Origin: Elsinoe ampelina
Lineage: Eukaryota
Reading direction: 5' to 3'
DNA: 64,000 bases
Assembly: GCA_010093995.1 (NCBI GenBank)
Contig: ML992505.1
Coordinates: 1,470,670-1,534,669, forward strand
The notes beneath the pieces were generated by a model. It was not told the origin of the DNA, did no database searches, and saw nothing but the letters and a program-made list of their open reading frames with translations. Position 1 is the stretch's first letter. Each line of letters begins with the position of its first letter. Of the stretch, positions 23,252-35,971 are shown one piece after another. The position numbers were made by a program, and so were the translations under genes.

Positions 23252-24400
23252 CTTGGCTGTCGTGGCGTAGGATCTGGTCAATTGGGTTGATATCTGACTT
23301 GTCCGTGCTACTGATGATGTAGACAATTCTACCCTCAATGCTTGCATGGAACCAATTGGGTGGAGAAGGGAGATAGAAGACGACAAACTTATTCTCCAAC
23401 CAGATTGCTGGCAAATCAGTACATGACGTCTTGGTGTGATGATTCGCCCCGCATGCCCCTCCTTCCGATTCCGGCCAGCAGGTCCACCACGACGATTTCC
23501 CAGCGTCGCGAGCGTGGCAGTGAATCGGGGATGAGTCTGCGGCAAGCTCGCCACGACAGTCCGTGACCGAATACGACCAAGACATGCTGAGTATACTTAC
23601 CATAGTCCTGAGTCAGTACCGAGACGGACACGCGGTCTGAGCAGAAGACTGTCAAATGCAAGTGCTCACTACGAGGCTGGATCGGCTGCCAGCCATTGCC
23701 TGGCGTAATCTGATTGGCTGAAGACAGAGAGCCATAACCTAGCCGCTTCGACCGAGGGGACGGGACCTACGACTTGAACCGCGGGATTGTCATCTGATCA
23801 ACTGACTACCACCTAACTTTCAATCTATTGCAAGGATTCATCTTTCGGCTGCACCCGCTTTGCACCCGGTGCCAGCCTTCGGGTACAACAGAGGCATCAA
23901 AAGCACCACTATTACACTGCAAAAATTGATAAACTAGCCCAGCGCTATACTAGCTCCTGCCTGATTTCCGTCCAGCCGGCGCAGACACCTCAGGCGAAGG
24001 AGATGACGAGGTTAATACGGAGGCACTCTTCAAGTTGTCGTCAGGTATGGACATCCATTGGTTGCCTGGGAAAACTTGTCGCGTCTTGGAATACTCGTGG
24101 GCGGGACCCGCTGAACAGGTTCTGCGGGAACTTCTGGAGAAGCACGAATGAGAGCGTACATACGACACACTCCGGTTTTCACTAATGTGACGCCAAGGTG
24201 ATGAGACCGGCGGCCGGTTTGTGCACGGCTAGATTAGGCACTACGCCACGACCTCAATCGTTGCACGTGGCAATAATGGCATACACACACACGCCTTTCT
24301 CAGATCTGGTGTCTGGCCTCTTTCGCCTTCCTCCATCGCGCCGACCAGCCTCTTATGGACCCACGACATCGAAGTCCAGCATAAAGCGTTTGCAAAGAGT

Positions 24401-27400
24401 ATGTCTACTCCGATCTGCCAGCCAATACATGATTATACGGTTGGATGGATCGTGGCGCTGGACCTTGAGCTTGTAGCTGCGCAAAGCATGCTCGATGAAG
24501 AACACGACGAACCAGAAGGCTTTATAAAACAACATGACGATGTGAACATTTACAGTTGGGGCCGTGTAGCGAAACACAATGTGGTGATTGCCTCGCTCCC
24601 ATCCGGTCGTTATGGTCTCGTAGCAGCGACTACGGCCATCTTACATATGAAGCGCTCTCTGTCATATCTTCGCTTCTGTCTACTTGTTGGTATCGCCGCA
24701 GGGTTACCACAGCTCGATCATGGCAATGACATCCGATTGGGCGATGTAGTCGTCAGTGTACCTTCAGGCACGAGCCCTGGTGTTATCGAGTACGACTTTG
24801 GCAAACTAGAGAGCAACGACAAATTCCAAAGACTGGGCAGTCTCAGCAATCCTCCGGACATCCTCCTGAACGCAGTGTCATGTCTGAAGGCCAGATACAG
24901 AAGGAAAGGATCAATGGTGCAGCAGACGATTCAGGAAATGCTTCAGAGAAATCCAAGGCTGAGTGAGCCCGATGAGGATGGATCAGCAAGCTACACGTAT
25001 CAAGGCGTAGAGAAAGACAAATTATACGGCCTTGGTAGTCAACACACGCAGAAGCTTTGGTCCACAGATGAGAATGATGATCCTTGTGCCGATTGTGATC
25101 CTAACGATATCATCCATCGCCGTCGAAGGACATCAAACGCCCCTGCTATCTTCCTCGGCACTATTGCATCCGCCAACACTGTTGTCAAGGACAGCATCAA
25201 ACGGCAGGAAATTATCGAGCGCCTAGATCAGAATTGTCTATGTCTGGAAATGGAAGCTGCTGGGGTCATGAAAGTCGACAGATTACCATGCCTTGTGGTG
25301 CGTGGTATCTGTGACTATGCAGACGCTCACAAAAACGACATATGGAAGCCGTATGCTGCAGCTACGGCAGCTGCATATGCCAGAGAATTGCTTCACGCTG
25401 TGACTGGAAAAGAAGTCGAGGCGTCCGCGACCATCGCTGAAATCGACAGTAAGTCACTTCTACGCGATTGTGAGCTCTATTGACACGAGTAGGATCAGCT
25501 CATCAAAAGCTTAATCGGGTCGAAAGCTCCATTTCGAGGATGGAGCCTTTTCTCCAAACGGTGAATTACCATCAACAGATGGCAGAGCTGCCGAAAGCTA
25601 GCGGGGCTGCATTCGATTCCTACGCCAACAAGCATCTTGAAATGTGTGAAGATGGGACGCGCACGACCATACTCTCGACCATCCAGCGATGGGCGTGTGA
25701 CCCAAGTAGCAGACCGATTCTGTGGCTTTACGGCCCTGCTGGACTCGGAAAGTCGACTATCTCACGCACCGTCGCCCAGAAATGGGATCTCGAAGGGACT
25801 CTTGCCGCGAGCTTTTTCTTTAGAAGAGGTGAAAGTGATCGCAATAACGCCAAGAAGTTCGTTACGACCATAGCCGCACAGATGGCTGAGCGCATACCAT
25901 TCCTGAGGAAACACATTGTGAGCGCCTTAGAGACAAATCCATCGTTACCGGATAAGATGCTAGACGCACAGTACCAGAGTCTGATACTTGACACACTGAG
26001 CGCCGCGTCGGAAGGCCGCAAATCATCTAGCTCACTCTTCATCGTCGTAGATGCTCTAGACGAATGCGAAGACAAAGAAGAGATTTCTTTGATCCTTCAA
26101 GTGCTCAATAAGCAGCCTGGCAGAGGCCGAATTCGAATCCTCGTCACCAGCAGACCTGATACACCAAGCATACAAGGTTTTGACGGCGTTGGTTCACATG
26201 ATCACGTGGATCTCTATAAAGCTACGGAATGGACCATGAGGAGCGATATCGAATTGTACTTTCGAAGAAAGCTCGGCGGTCTGCGCAAAGGCTCGAAGCG
26301 AGACAGCTCTGGATCATGCAAATCCTGGCCTGATCAACAGTCCATACAAATTTTAGCAGCGAGAGCGCAACCTTTATTCATTGTCGCCGCAATTCTCTGC
26401 CGTTTCATCGGAGATCAAACAGAAGATCCTGAGAGACGTCTCAGACAAGTTCTTCGAGACTCTCGATCGTTTACTTCTGATCCGCTGGATCAAATTTACT
26501 GCTCCGTCCTGACACAGTATCTGAACACAGACTTTGCGTCAGACAGACAAGAACGAATCCGGATCTTCACAAAAGTCATCGGCACTGTCATACTTCTCTT
26601 CGATCCCTTGTCCGTCAACAATCTTGCCCGACTTCTGGTCGAAGACGCTGACCAGGTCCAGAGGCGGCTAGGATCGCTTCGGTCCATACTCATCCTAGCA
26701 GATGAGCAGCAAAAGGAAGCACCGATCCGGACTTTGCACATGACCTTGCATGACTTCCTCACTAGCGATCGAATTGCCTTGTCGTCGAATCAGCTTCTTT
26801 GGTCCCTGCGGATTCACAAAGAGACACAGCATGGTGATATAGCTACAAACTGTATTCGTCTACTTTCCGATTCAGGTATCCTGCGGAAAGATATATGTGG
26901 CATCGGTCGTCCAGACACACCAAGAAAGACAGTCAAAAAGACAATCATCGAATCAGCATTGTCCAGAGATATCACGTACGCGGCATGCTATTGGATTGAG
27001 CACTTTTGTCTTTCTGATAGAGAACTCGCGGACGGCGATATCGTGCACAATTTCTTGACTGATCACTTGTTGCACTGGCTCGAAGCACTCAGCTGGCTTG
27101 GATATCTATCAGAGAGTGTGGCGTTGATCAACAGATTGGCATCTGTATCTGAGGTCAGAAAGATATTGGTTGATGACTTGAGAAAGTGCTAACAATGATC
27201 AGAAGTTCTCATCCACACGCATCCTAACGGCATTCCTTGTTGACGTCGAGCGGTTCATACTACGGAACAGAGCTAACGTCGACCAAGCACCGTTGCAGAT
27301 TTACGCTTCCGCACTTACCTTCTTACCAAGTCGAAGCACTGTCCGAACCGTCTTCGAGAAAGAGACCCCGACATGGATCGACGTCTATGCGGGACTATCG

Positions 27401-30157
27401 TCAGGATGGAATGCAGAGCTGCTGAAGTTAGAAGGTCACGAAGGCTTTGTGAGCTCTGAATACTTTTCACACGATAGCAAGCGGGTGGTTTCGGGATCCA
27501 AAGATAGAACGGCACGTGTTTGGAACGCCGAAACAGGCGATGAGCTTCTTCGACTTGAAGGTCACGAGGATTGGATACGGTCTGTCTGCTTTTCGCGCGA
27601 TGACAAGCTTGTGGCATCTGCATCATGGGACAAGACTGTCAGGATCTGGAATTCGCATACAGGACAATTGCTACGAAAGCTCGATGGTGATGAGAGAGAC
27701 GTAAGCTCAGTTTCTTTCTCCTACGATGGTGTGCGTATAGCAGCGGCCGTGGATAGGATGATCCGCGTCTGGAACACTGACACCGGAGATCTGTTGAAAA
27801 GTATCGAAGGCCATGACCATAGAGTTACCTCGGTATGTTTCTCTTTCGATGGCCGGATCGCCTCAGCGTCATGCGACAAGACTGTGCGCATCTGGAACTC
27901 AAACACTGGGCAAGAGCTTCTAAAGCTCGAAGGGCATGAGAAAGACGTGAGTTCTGTGTCCTTCTCGGGAGATGGAAGACAGGTGGTATCCACGTCAGAG
28001 GACAGGTCTGTGCGTGTCTGGGATGTAGAGAGAGCGGTCGAGCTACTCAAATTTGAGGGTCATACTGCTTGGACAATTTCTGCAAAGTTCTCACACGATG
28101 GATGTAGGGTAGCTTCGGCTTCCGACGACAAGACAGTCCGCATCTGGAACATGTCGACACGGAAGGAGGAGCTCAAGCTCTACGATCACAGTGGCAGGGT
28201 AAACTCTGTCTCATTCTCCAACGACGGCAAGCGTATTGCCTCAGCATCGAGGGATAGGACTGTGCGCATCTGGAACATTGGGAGTGATACTTCACAACCT
28301 GTGCTACAGGGTCACAAAGACAGAGTGCTCTCCGTCTGCTTCTCGCGCCAGGGGGACCGAGTAGCCTCTGCATCGGAAGACATGACAGTGCGATTATGGA
28401 ATGCAGTGACAGGCGTCGAGCAAATGCGATTGGAGGGCCATACGGAGTCGGTGTTGTCAGTTTGTTTCTCCCACGATGGAACCCGTGTAGCCTCTGTATC
28501 CTGGGACAGAGTCGCTTGCATATGGGATGCCAGCACTGGATGCAAGCAAATCGAACTTGTATCGAGTAAGAGCATATCAGCGTCTGCCCCTCGCTCGCAC
28601 CTGGGCCCGCAGTCAACATCAACAACCCGTAACACGTGGGCTGCTATCTCGGATGAAGAAATGGAGGACGTGCGACTCAGACTTGAGCGACATGAGAGTG
28701 TCATGAATTGTGTATGCATATCGCATGATGGCAAAAGGATCGCAGCTGCATCCCGTGATAGGGCGATACGGATATGGGACAGAAACACTGGACTAGAACA
28801 GCTCAAGCTCGAAGGTCACACCGCGAGCGTTAGCTCTGTTTGCTTCTCGTTCGATGATAAACAGATAGCGTCAGCGTCAGAGGACAACAGTATACGGATC
28901 TGGGAGGCAGCTTCTGGGGATGAGCAGCTACAACTCCGCGGACACCAAACTGCCGTTACCTGTGTGAGCTTTTCTTACGACGCAACATGTGTGGCGTCTG
29001 CTTCCGGTGATCGGACTGTCCGACTTTGGGATACGACATCAGGTTCCTGCCGGCTGACGCTCAAGGGGCACGATGATCACGTGAGCTCTGTGTGCTGGAC
29101 CCGTGATGGCCGGCGAGTTGTGTCGGGATCCTGGGATAAGACGGTGCGGGTTTGGGACGCAATAAAGGGTCAAGTACAACTCAAGATAGTAGGACACACA
29201 GGCAGAGTCAGCGCAGCGTGTGTGGCTTACGACAGTCAAAGAGTCGCTTCTGCATCCTGGGACAAGACGGTACGCGTCTGGGACTTGGTAACGGGTATGC
29301 AGCTGCTGAAGCTTGAAGGCCACCGGAGTGTTGTGAGTTCAGTGTGCTTCAGCTATGACGGGAAGCACATTGTGTCTGCATCTGAAGACAAAACAGTACA
29401 GATCTGGGATGCTAGCACAGGGATTGGAGAGCGGACAATGGAGGGCCATAGGGAGTGGGTCCCATCTGCGTGCTTTTCTCGGGATGGACTCATGGTGGCA
29501 TCAGCGTCATGGGATAACACAGTTCGCCTCTGGGATGCAAAGAGCGGAATAGAAAAGCTAAAACTGGAAGGTCACGAGGGCCTGACAAGCTCCATTTGTT
29601 TTTCAGCGGATGGCAAAAGAGTTGCGTCAACATCGAGGGAACACACCGTGGACATCTGGAATGCGGCAACTGGAAACCTAGAGCTCAGGTTAGAAGGACA
29701 TGACAGTTTTGTTAGTGCAATCTGCTTCAGTCCTTGCGGAGAGCGAGTTGCAACGGCGTCATGGGACGACACAGTGCGCATTTGGGATGCAGGCAGTGGA
29801 GTTGAGCGATCCAGACTCAAGAGTGTTGGGACAGTCAAGTCAATCTGCTTTTCCCACGACGGCAAGCGAGTAGCAGCAGCATCTGAGGATAGCACGGTCC
29901 GGCTCTGGAATGTGGGTACAGGGGATCTACTGGAAACTCTCCTGCAACAGAGTATACCCGCAGGATTTGCGACTGGAATCAGTGGTGGGATCCCGTCAAA
30001 CTCGAACATTATCGTCAACGACGAGTGGGTGAAACGAGGCGTGAGCGAGAGAGTGTATCTGCCTTTCGAGTACCGACATGGGAAGTCGGCAGTGTGTAAT
30101 GATAGGGTCGTGATCGGGGGTCGTTCGGGCGCGATGCTCTTTCTAAATATTCGGTGA
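24401..30157 (+). CDS. Fungal NLR: PNP_UDP nucleoside-phosphorylase-like effector + NACHT + WD40 repeats (HET-E-like), ~1887 aa
   Basis: Introns 25449-25492 and 27154-27202 join three ORFs in frame. PNP motifs YTVGWIVAL, VGIAAG, DIRLGDVVVS, EMEAAG, VRGICDYADAHKN; Walker A GPAGLGKST, Walker B IVVDALDEC; 19 GH..W(D/N) repeats. Confidence 0.93.
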
Positions 30158-30777
30158 ATCAGATCAGCCTCATGGCTCTCTACAAATTTGCAGACCTGGC
30201 CATCAAGGTCATGGAAGCTCAACTCAGAGCACGTGACTCCGGCCAATTCGCTGACCACGCAAAAAGCCCCGCAAAGCGCCGATTATTGATTGCCGGGACG
30301 ATTTGGAGACGACCCAGACTTCCACCCTCTCATTCTTTCACGTCACCCCGAAGCCGATCTCGCTGCATCTCGCTGCATCTCTCAACCCCCTCTCCACACC
30401 CTCGCCAGATCTCAGATCTCTACCGACTACCATTGTTATATCCCAAGAACAGACCGCGGTCTCTGGCATCGCAATCCACCATCGCTTCGTCTGCGGTGCT
30501 CACCCGCAATAGCCGACGACCGCTGCGACGGATCGCTGACTACCAGGCTTACCCAACCCCTCCAAAACAGACTCCTCTCTCGATCTGGTGCTGTTCAAGG
30601 TCTGACCGTGTAATTCGTCGCTCAATCCAACATTCACGCCCGTCTGCGACCAGACTGCTTCGTACCGGCGCAGCAATCGCATTTCCACCCATCCGAGTTT
30701 ACCCCACTCGGTCATCTTGCTACCACACACTCACTGGCCTCTACACCACAACTTTGAATAAAAACTCTACAGTCACC

Positions 30778-31636
30778 ATGGACTCATACGCGTTCCCCAC
30801 AGAGCGACTTAAGAGGCGGATGGCGGACGGAAACAAAGAACCATTGGTGCTAGTGGCATGCGGTTCTTTCTCACCAATCACGTTCTTGCATCTGCGCATG
30901 TTTGAGATGGCAGCAGACTATGCGCGATTCAACACAAACTTTGAGGTCTGCGGAGCATATCTTTCCGCGGTAGGCGACGCATATAAGAAGACCGGCCTGG
31001 TCCGGGCGGAGCATCGGATCAATATGTGCAATCTGGCTGTGGAGCAGAGTAGCTGGATCAGCGTAGATCCGTGGGAGGCGCTGCACGAGGAATATCTGGA
31101 GACTGCGAAGGTGCTGGACCACTTTGACCACGAGATCAATGTTGTCAGAGGAGGCATTGAGACGCCGAACGGACCCAAGAAAGCACGAATCGCACTTCTT
31201 GCTGGAGCGGATCTCATCCAGACTATGGGAACTCCCGGCGTGTGGGCTGATGCAGATATCAATTACATTTTGGCCAACTTTGGTGCATTCATCGTAGAGG
31301 TAAGGTTGCGTCCAAACGTTGCTTCGAATCATGCTTACAAATGAATAGCGGAGCGGCACAGACATTGATGAGGCACTCTCAACGCTGCAACGATGGAAGG
31401 ACAACATCTACGTGATCCAACAGCTGGTCCAAAACGACATCTCTAGCACAAAGATTCGACTGTTCCGGCGACGAGACATGTCCATTCGTTACCTGGTACC
31501 CGAGCCAGTAGTCAAGTACATCGAGGAGAACGCTCTGTATGGTGACGACCAACCAGGTGCCCAGACTCAGGATTCTACTGCCAAGGGTAAGAAGCCCGGC
31601 GAGAGCATCGGCGCTCCGAGCTCGAGTTCAGGATGA
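30778..31636 (+). CDS. NMA1: Nicotinamide/nicotinate mononucleotide adenylyltransferase (NMNAT)
   Basis: CGSFSPITFLHLRMFEMA, VDPWEA, LLAGADLIQTM, NDISSTKIRLF; intron 31300-31348. Confidence 0.95.
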
Positions 31637-31992
31637 GGTGCTCGTAACGAATTCGACATGGCAGATGAGACAGCATGACCGCTGCTGGCTATGCATATAC
31701 CGGGATGGCTATTTTTTTGCTTGCATCTGCAAGACAGCACTGGGAAGTAATGCGTAAAACCGAAATATGAGAGGCAGAGCCCACGCCTGCGATGGTATAG
31801 ACCATGCAAAAGAGTGGGAATGAGAACTGTCAAGCGGCAACCTGACAAGATGGCAAACTGCCATTAGATACCCAGCCGTAGACGTATGACGATACAAGGA
31901 CAATATCCGCTATAGCAAAATGTACATTCGTAAAAAGCTAGTCATCTGTCCACATAACATGATCTCGTCTCCTCGTCTCTCACCTGGTGTCT

Positions 31993-33021
31993 TCATGAGC
32001 TCTCAATCTTAAACATCCACAAGTCCCCCAACCTCTCATTCCCCTCCGCCAGTCCCCCCTGTACCACCCCAATTCCCTCCCCAGCAACATCAGCAGCAAA
32101 CCACCCTCTCCTCTCCGGCCTCTCCCCCTTCTGCACCACCTCCTCCCATCCTCCATCCCTCACATCCCAAGCCCACACATCCCCAAAAAACTTCCCCGCC
32201 CCCTCATGCCCAAGATCACTCGCCTCCCCCTCCCCAAACGCCGTGACCAACACCTCTCTGCCCCCCACCTCCATCGACAACAAACACCCCACGCTCCTCG
32301 CTTTCGGCCCCTGCTTCCCATCCGCAGGATACGTCTCCGTCTCCCACGCCCCTGTCTTCGGATCGAAGACGTCCAGCGCCCCGCCCTGCTCCGTCTTCCC
32401 GTCGAAGCCATTCACACGCCACACTCTCCCGTCAGCGAAAGCGATACTCGTCCCCCCTCGCTCCGACCCCGGAGCGTCGGGCAATTTCTCCCACTTCTTG
32501 GTGGGCAGGTCGAAGGACCAGAGATCTCTCAGGCGGCCGGAGGAGGGGCAGCCTGCGTGGAGGTAGATCTTGCTCTCGCCGTCGCTGGTGAGCGCGTGGT
32601 AGGAGCGGGGTTCGGGCACAGGGGCGGTGGGGGAGGCGGGGGAGACGAGGGACCAGGACGGCGGGGGCGAGGGGGGGGAGAGAGGGAGGGAGTACAGTGC
32701 GCCTGGGCCGTCGGAGAGGGGGGTCATGGAGGGCCCGCCGCGGCCGGAGAAGATGTAGAGGGTTTTGGTGGAGGAGAGGAGGGTGGAGGCTGTGCCGACG
32801 CGGGGGGCGGGGAGGGGGGAGGTGCTGGGGTGGGAGAGGGTGCTGGGTTGGGAGGGAGGGGTGAGGGGCACGGTGTGGATGGTGTTGTCGCGGGGTTCGC
32901 GGGGGCGGAGTTCGCCGCCGAAGATGTACGCTGTGGTTGGGGTGGTGGCGAGGATTTGGGACGAGCGCTGGAGGATCGGGGAGGTGGTGATGTGGGTCCA
33001 GGTAAGGGTGAGGGGAGCCAT
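31993..33021 (-). CDS. Kelch-repeat protein (nitrile-specifier-protein-like)
   Basis: YIFGGELRPREP, PAPRVGTA, YIFSGRGG, PEPRSYHA, ERGGTS, PKARSV, GHEGAGKF, RRGWFA. Confidence 0.85.
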   Translation of the reverse strand: MAPLTLTWTHITTSPILQRSSQILATTPTTAYIFGGELRPREPRDNTIHTVPLTPPSQPSTLSHPSTSPLPAPRVGTASTLLSSTKTLYIFSGRGGPSMTPLSDGPGALYSLPLSPPSPPPSWSLVSPASPTAPVPEPRSYHALTSDGESKIYLHAGCPSSGRLRDLWSFDLPTKKWEKLPDAPGSERGGTSIAFADGRVWRVNGFDGKTEQGGALDVFDPKTGAWETETYPADGKQGPKARSVGCLLSMEVGGREVLVTAFGEGEASDLGHEGAGKFFGDVWAWDVRDGGWEEVVQKGERPERRGWFAADVAGEGIGVVQGGLAEGNERLGDLWMFKIESS

Positions 33022-33327
33022 GATTGCGGTGGGTTTGGAGGTGTGGTTGGATGCTTACCTGACTACACTTACTTTGTGGTTTATCTATGGGATTGTGGTG
33101 GCCATTAGGGTCGTTGATGTGGTCTGATTTTTGATGCTGTGATCGTCGGAGATCATGCTTGGCTTGCGCAAAGCTTCATTTTGGAAGCGAGGTTGTCAAC
33201 CTGGATATTTCTCATTGGCTAGTTGAAACTGATTTTCCAGTATCAAGCGTTTACTTCAGTTTGCTGGTGATCCGGAAGAAAGGTCTTCCATCAGACTCGG
33301 TGATTCAGTCGCTCGCTACGGTCACAC

Positions 33328-33897
33328 ATGGCGGGGCAAGAGCAGCAGCAGAAGCTGCAAGGCCTGTCCGACCAATATCAAGATCTGCAAGCCGGTAGGC
33401 ACAATAGCCCCGGCAATGGTGGCAAAGCTGATGATGAACCAGAGCTTCAAGGAATCGTAGCCGCTCGCCAAAAGCTAGAGTCACAGCAGCAGGAGAACAA
33501 GAGCGTTCAGAGAGTAGGTCACGTGATCGTATCTTGACACCATGTGGCTCTGACCGTGACAGGAATTTGAAAAGTTATCAGACGATGCCAATATCTACAA
33601 GCTAGTGGGACCAGTCCTTCTCAAGCAGGATACTGTAGAGGCAAAAAGCACAGTCGACGGTCGATTGGATTACATTGAGAAGGAGATGTAAGCCATCATG
33701 AATCAAGTTGTCTTGCAGAATCAGGCTGATATGTTTAGCGGTCGTGTGGAAGGTCAGATCAAAAGTATCCAAGACAAGAGTGAGGCGAAGAAGATGGAGG
33801 TGAGATTTACATGCCGAGCTATTAGATGCATGGCTGATACAGACAGATCATACAGCTCCAGTCGCAATTGCAACAGGGACAAGCTGGTGCGGCATGA
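33328..33897 (+). CDS. YKE2: Prefoldin subunit 6
   Basis: Multi-exon: QQKLQGLSDQYQDLQ / ARQKLESQQQENKSVQ / DDANIYKLVGPVLLKQD..VDGRLDYIEKE. Confidence 0.92.
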
Positions 33898-35971
33898 GGC
33901 TTAGCTGTCTCACGATGAAGCCTGGACCAGACTCGTATGCCGATGCGGGAAATCTGACGATTCTGAAAGACAGATCAAGGATGGTCCGGTCGAACCTTCG
34001 TACTCTGGTCAAGCGGCGAGCATGATTCCTCTAGCACGATCTGAGAGGGATCCGTCCTCCATGAAGGGTCATATGCTATACCTGACTTGATCATTGTAGC
34101 ACAATGCGATGCCGCAGGGACTGTGGACCGCACTCAGCCAAACAAGGCCGCAGAGAACAGTGTCGAGGAATCAGGCGGAATCATCATAAATTGATGCATG
34201 AATACAAGTGCATCTCAATCGAACTATCAATCAAGCTGGATTCCATTCGGCGCGACAATGATAAGCCATCAGCTCATTCCCTTCTGCTCTCATACCATAA
34301 GTAGCACACGAGGAGAGGAGGCGTATAAAATGTGCCTCATTCCTGACGCTCCACGGGCTTCTGATCGGGAAGTTCTCAGGTGACAAACGCCGTCAGCAAT
34401 CCTGCAAGCACAGGAAGGACTTCAGACACCTCCTGATGATCGGGCTGGAGGCAGGTAACATGACCGTCGTGCATCGATCATTCCCGGATGGCAGTCTTGT
34501 CGATCTTTTTGTCTGCGCCCTCGTCGGCTCGGAAAGCTTCCAGCTGCTCCCTATAGCATCTCCTCAAGTGTAGACCTACACTTCCATTTTGTCACCATGC
34601 GCCTCGATAAGAGCGTGAGATCTCCTCCGGCCTCTCGGATGGCGGTCTCACATGTTCAGCATGCGCTGAATAGAACTTCATCATGTTCGGCGTGCTCTAG
34701 TGTCTCCGTGGCGATCTGGATATGATCATCCTGTGCCGCCACCTCCTTCTCGTTACGTGGATGCCCTTTCTTGTCACCAAGGTTCATGTTGATCATGGAA
34801 GGAGTGCGGCGTCATAGATCTTCCCATCGGGGGTAGGCATAGATGATCTCAGCGTCTGCGGTATGTGTTGGCCAGATGATTGGCTTCGACGACCACCACG
34901 TGCATGACTTGTTGATCACCTTGAAGATAAGAGAACAGGCAGGCGAGACTTTGCTGCAAGACTAAGAAAGAAGTCGCTTTGAAGCTTTCATACCGAGCTA
35001 CCGCAGATGGTCACCACGTACCTCAACATACTTTCCTTCCTGGCAAGACTCCAGTGCTTAGAAGACGAACTCCTTGACTAGGTGGTCGACCATATCAGGA
35101 TCTGATTTTGATGGCATTCTGACGTCCGACTCCGGTACGGTGAGAGCACATCAGGCGCGTTGTGAGGACTCGGCCGCTAAGTCATTGTGTATGGTTTCGC
35201 AGTGACAATGAACACTGATTGAGCCTACTGACCAAAGTTCCGAAATGCTCCATAACTGAATCTTGAATCGGGTGTGAAAAGTGACCAAGGATTTTTTAGC
35301 GTGGTGGCAGCAGAAGGTCAGGCCCATCTCCGACTTATCTTCAGACCCTCGTGGGCAGGAAGTCTTAATGATCTGCGACTAGGGAAGAGAGCGTAAAGAT
35401 TTTGCAATTATCCTTGAAACGGAGGCCATCGTCCGGGGACAAGATCCGAAACGACACATCTTGCAGATTGCAATCAACCAAGTCCTTGGCCACGACGATG
35501 CTGGAACATGGATCTCCCACCAGAAATCTGCTCACCTCTTCCAAGTGCTATCCTGCACATCCAGGAATACGCATAATCTCCCGACGCCATCCGACCACGA
35601 TAGGCATGTCAGTCTGCAACGAGTGGGTCGTCGTGAAGATCTCCAAGACTTTTGCCGCCACAATCCGACTGCGCCAAAGTTGCCTTCTTGCCCTGGCAGG
35701 GCGCCACGCTTACCATGCCCCGAAGATCCTTGCTGAAACAGGGCTGCCATACCCTCGGGTGCCCTTTGGCCAGGGCAGATCCCATCACCGCCCCTGCTCC
35801 TGGGAGAATGTCCGCCAGGGCATGGCTTCCATCCAAATGAAGTGCCACTGGCGGTCCCACTCGACCTTATTTTCGTGTCCGGAGGCTGCCATTTATGGGT
35901 CGCTATATAGTTCGTGACGTCCGCTGCGATGAAGGGTAGGGCATTTTCCAATTAATCCATTCTTTGCTGCC

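Noticed and set aside
23600..24400. Searched for an adjacent amyloid-signalling (HET-s/HeLo-type) or gasdermin partner of the NLR
   Set aside because: None seen; the NLR carries its own enzymatic effector and its neighbours are GLO1 and NMNAT.
27427..29940. Periodic ~126-bp pattern considered as a CRISPR-like or satellite array
   Set aside because: These are coding WD40 repeats in a eukaryotic gene, with no identical repeats or spacers.
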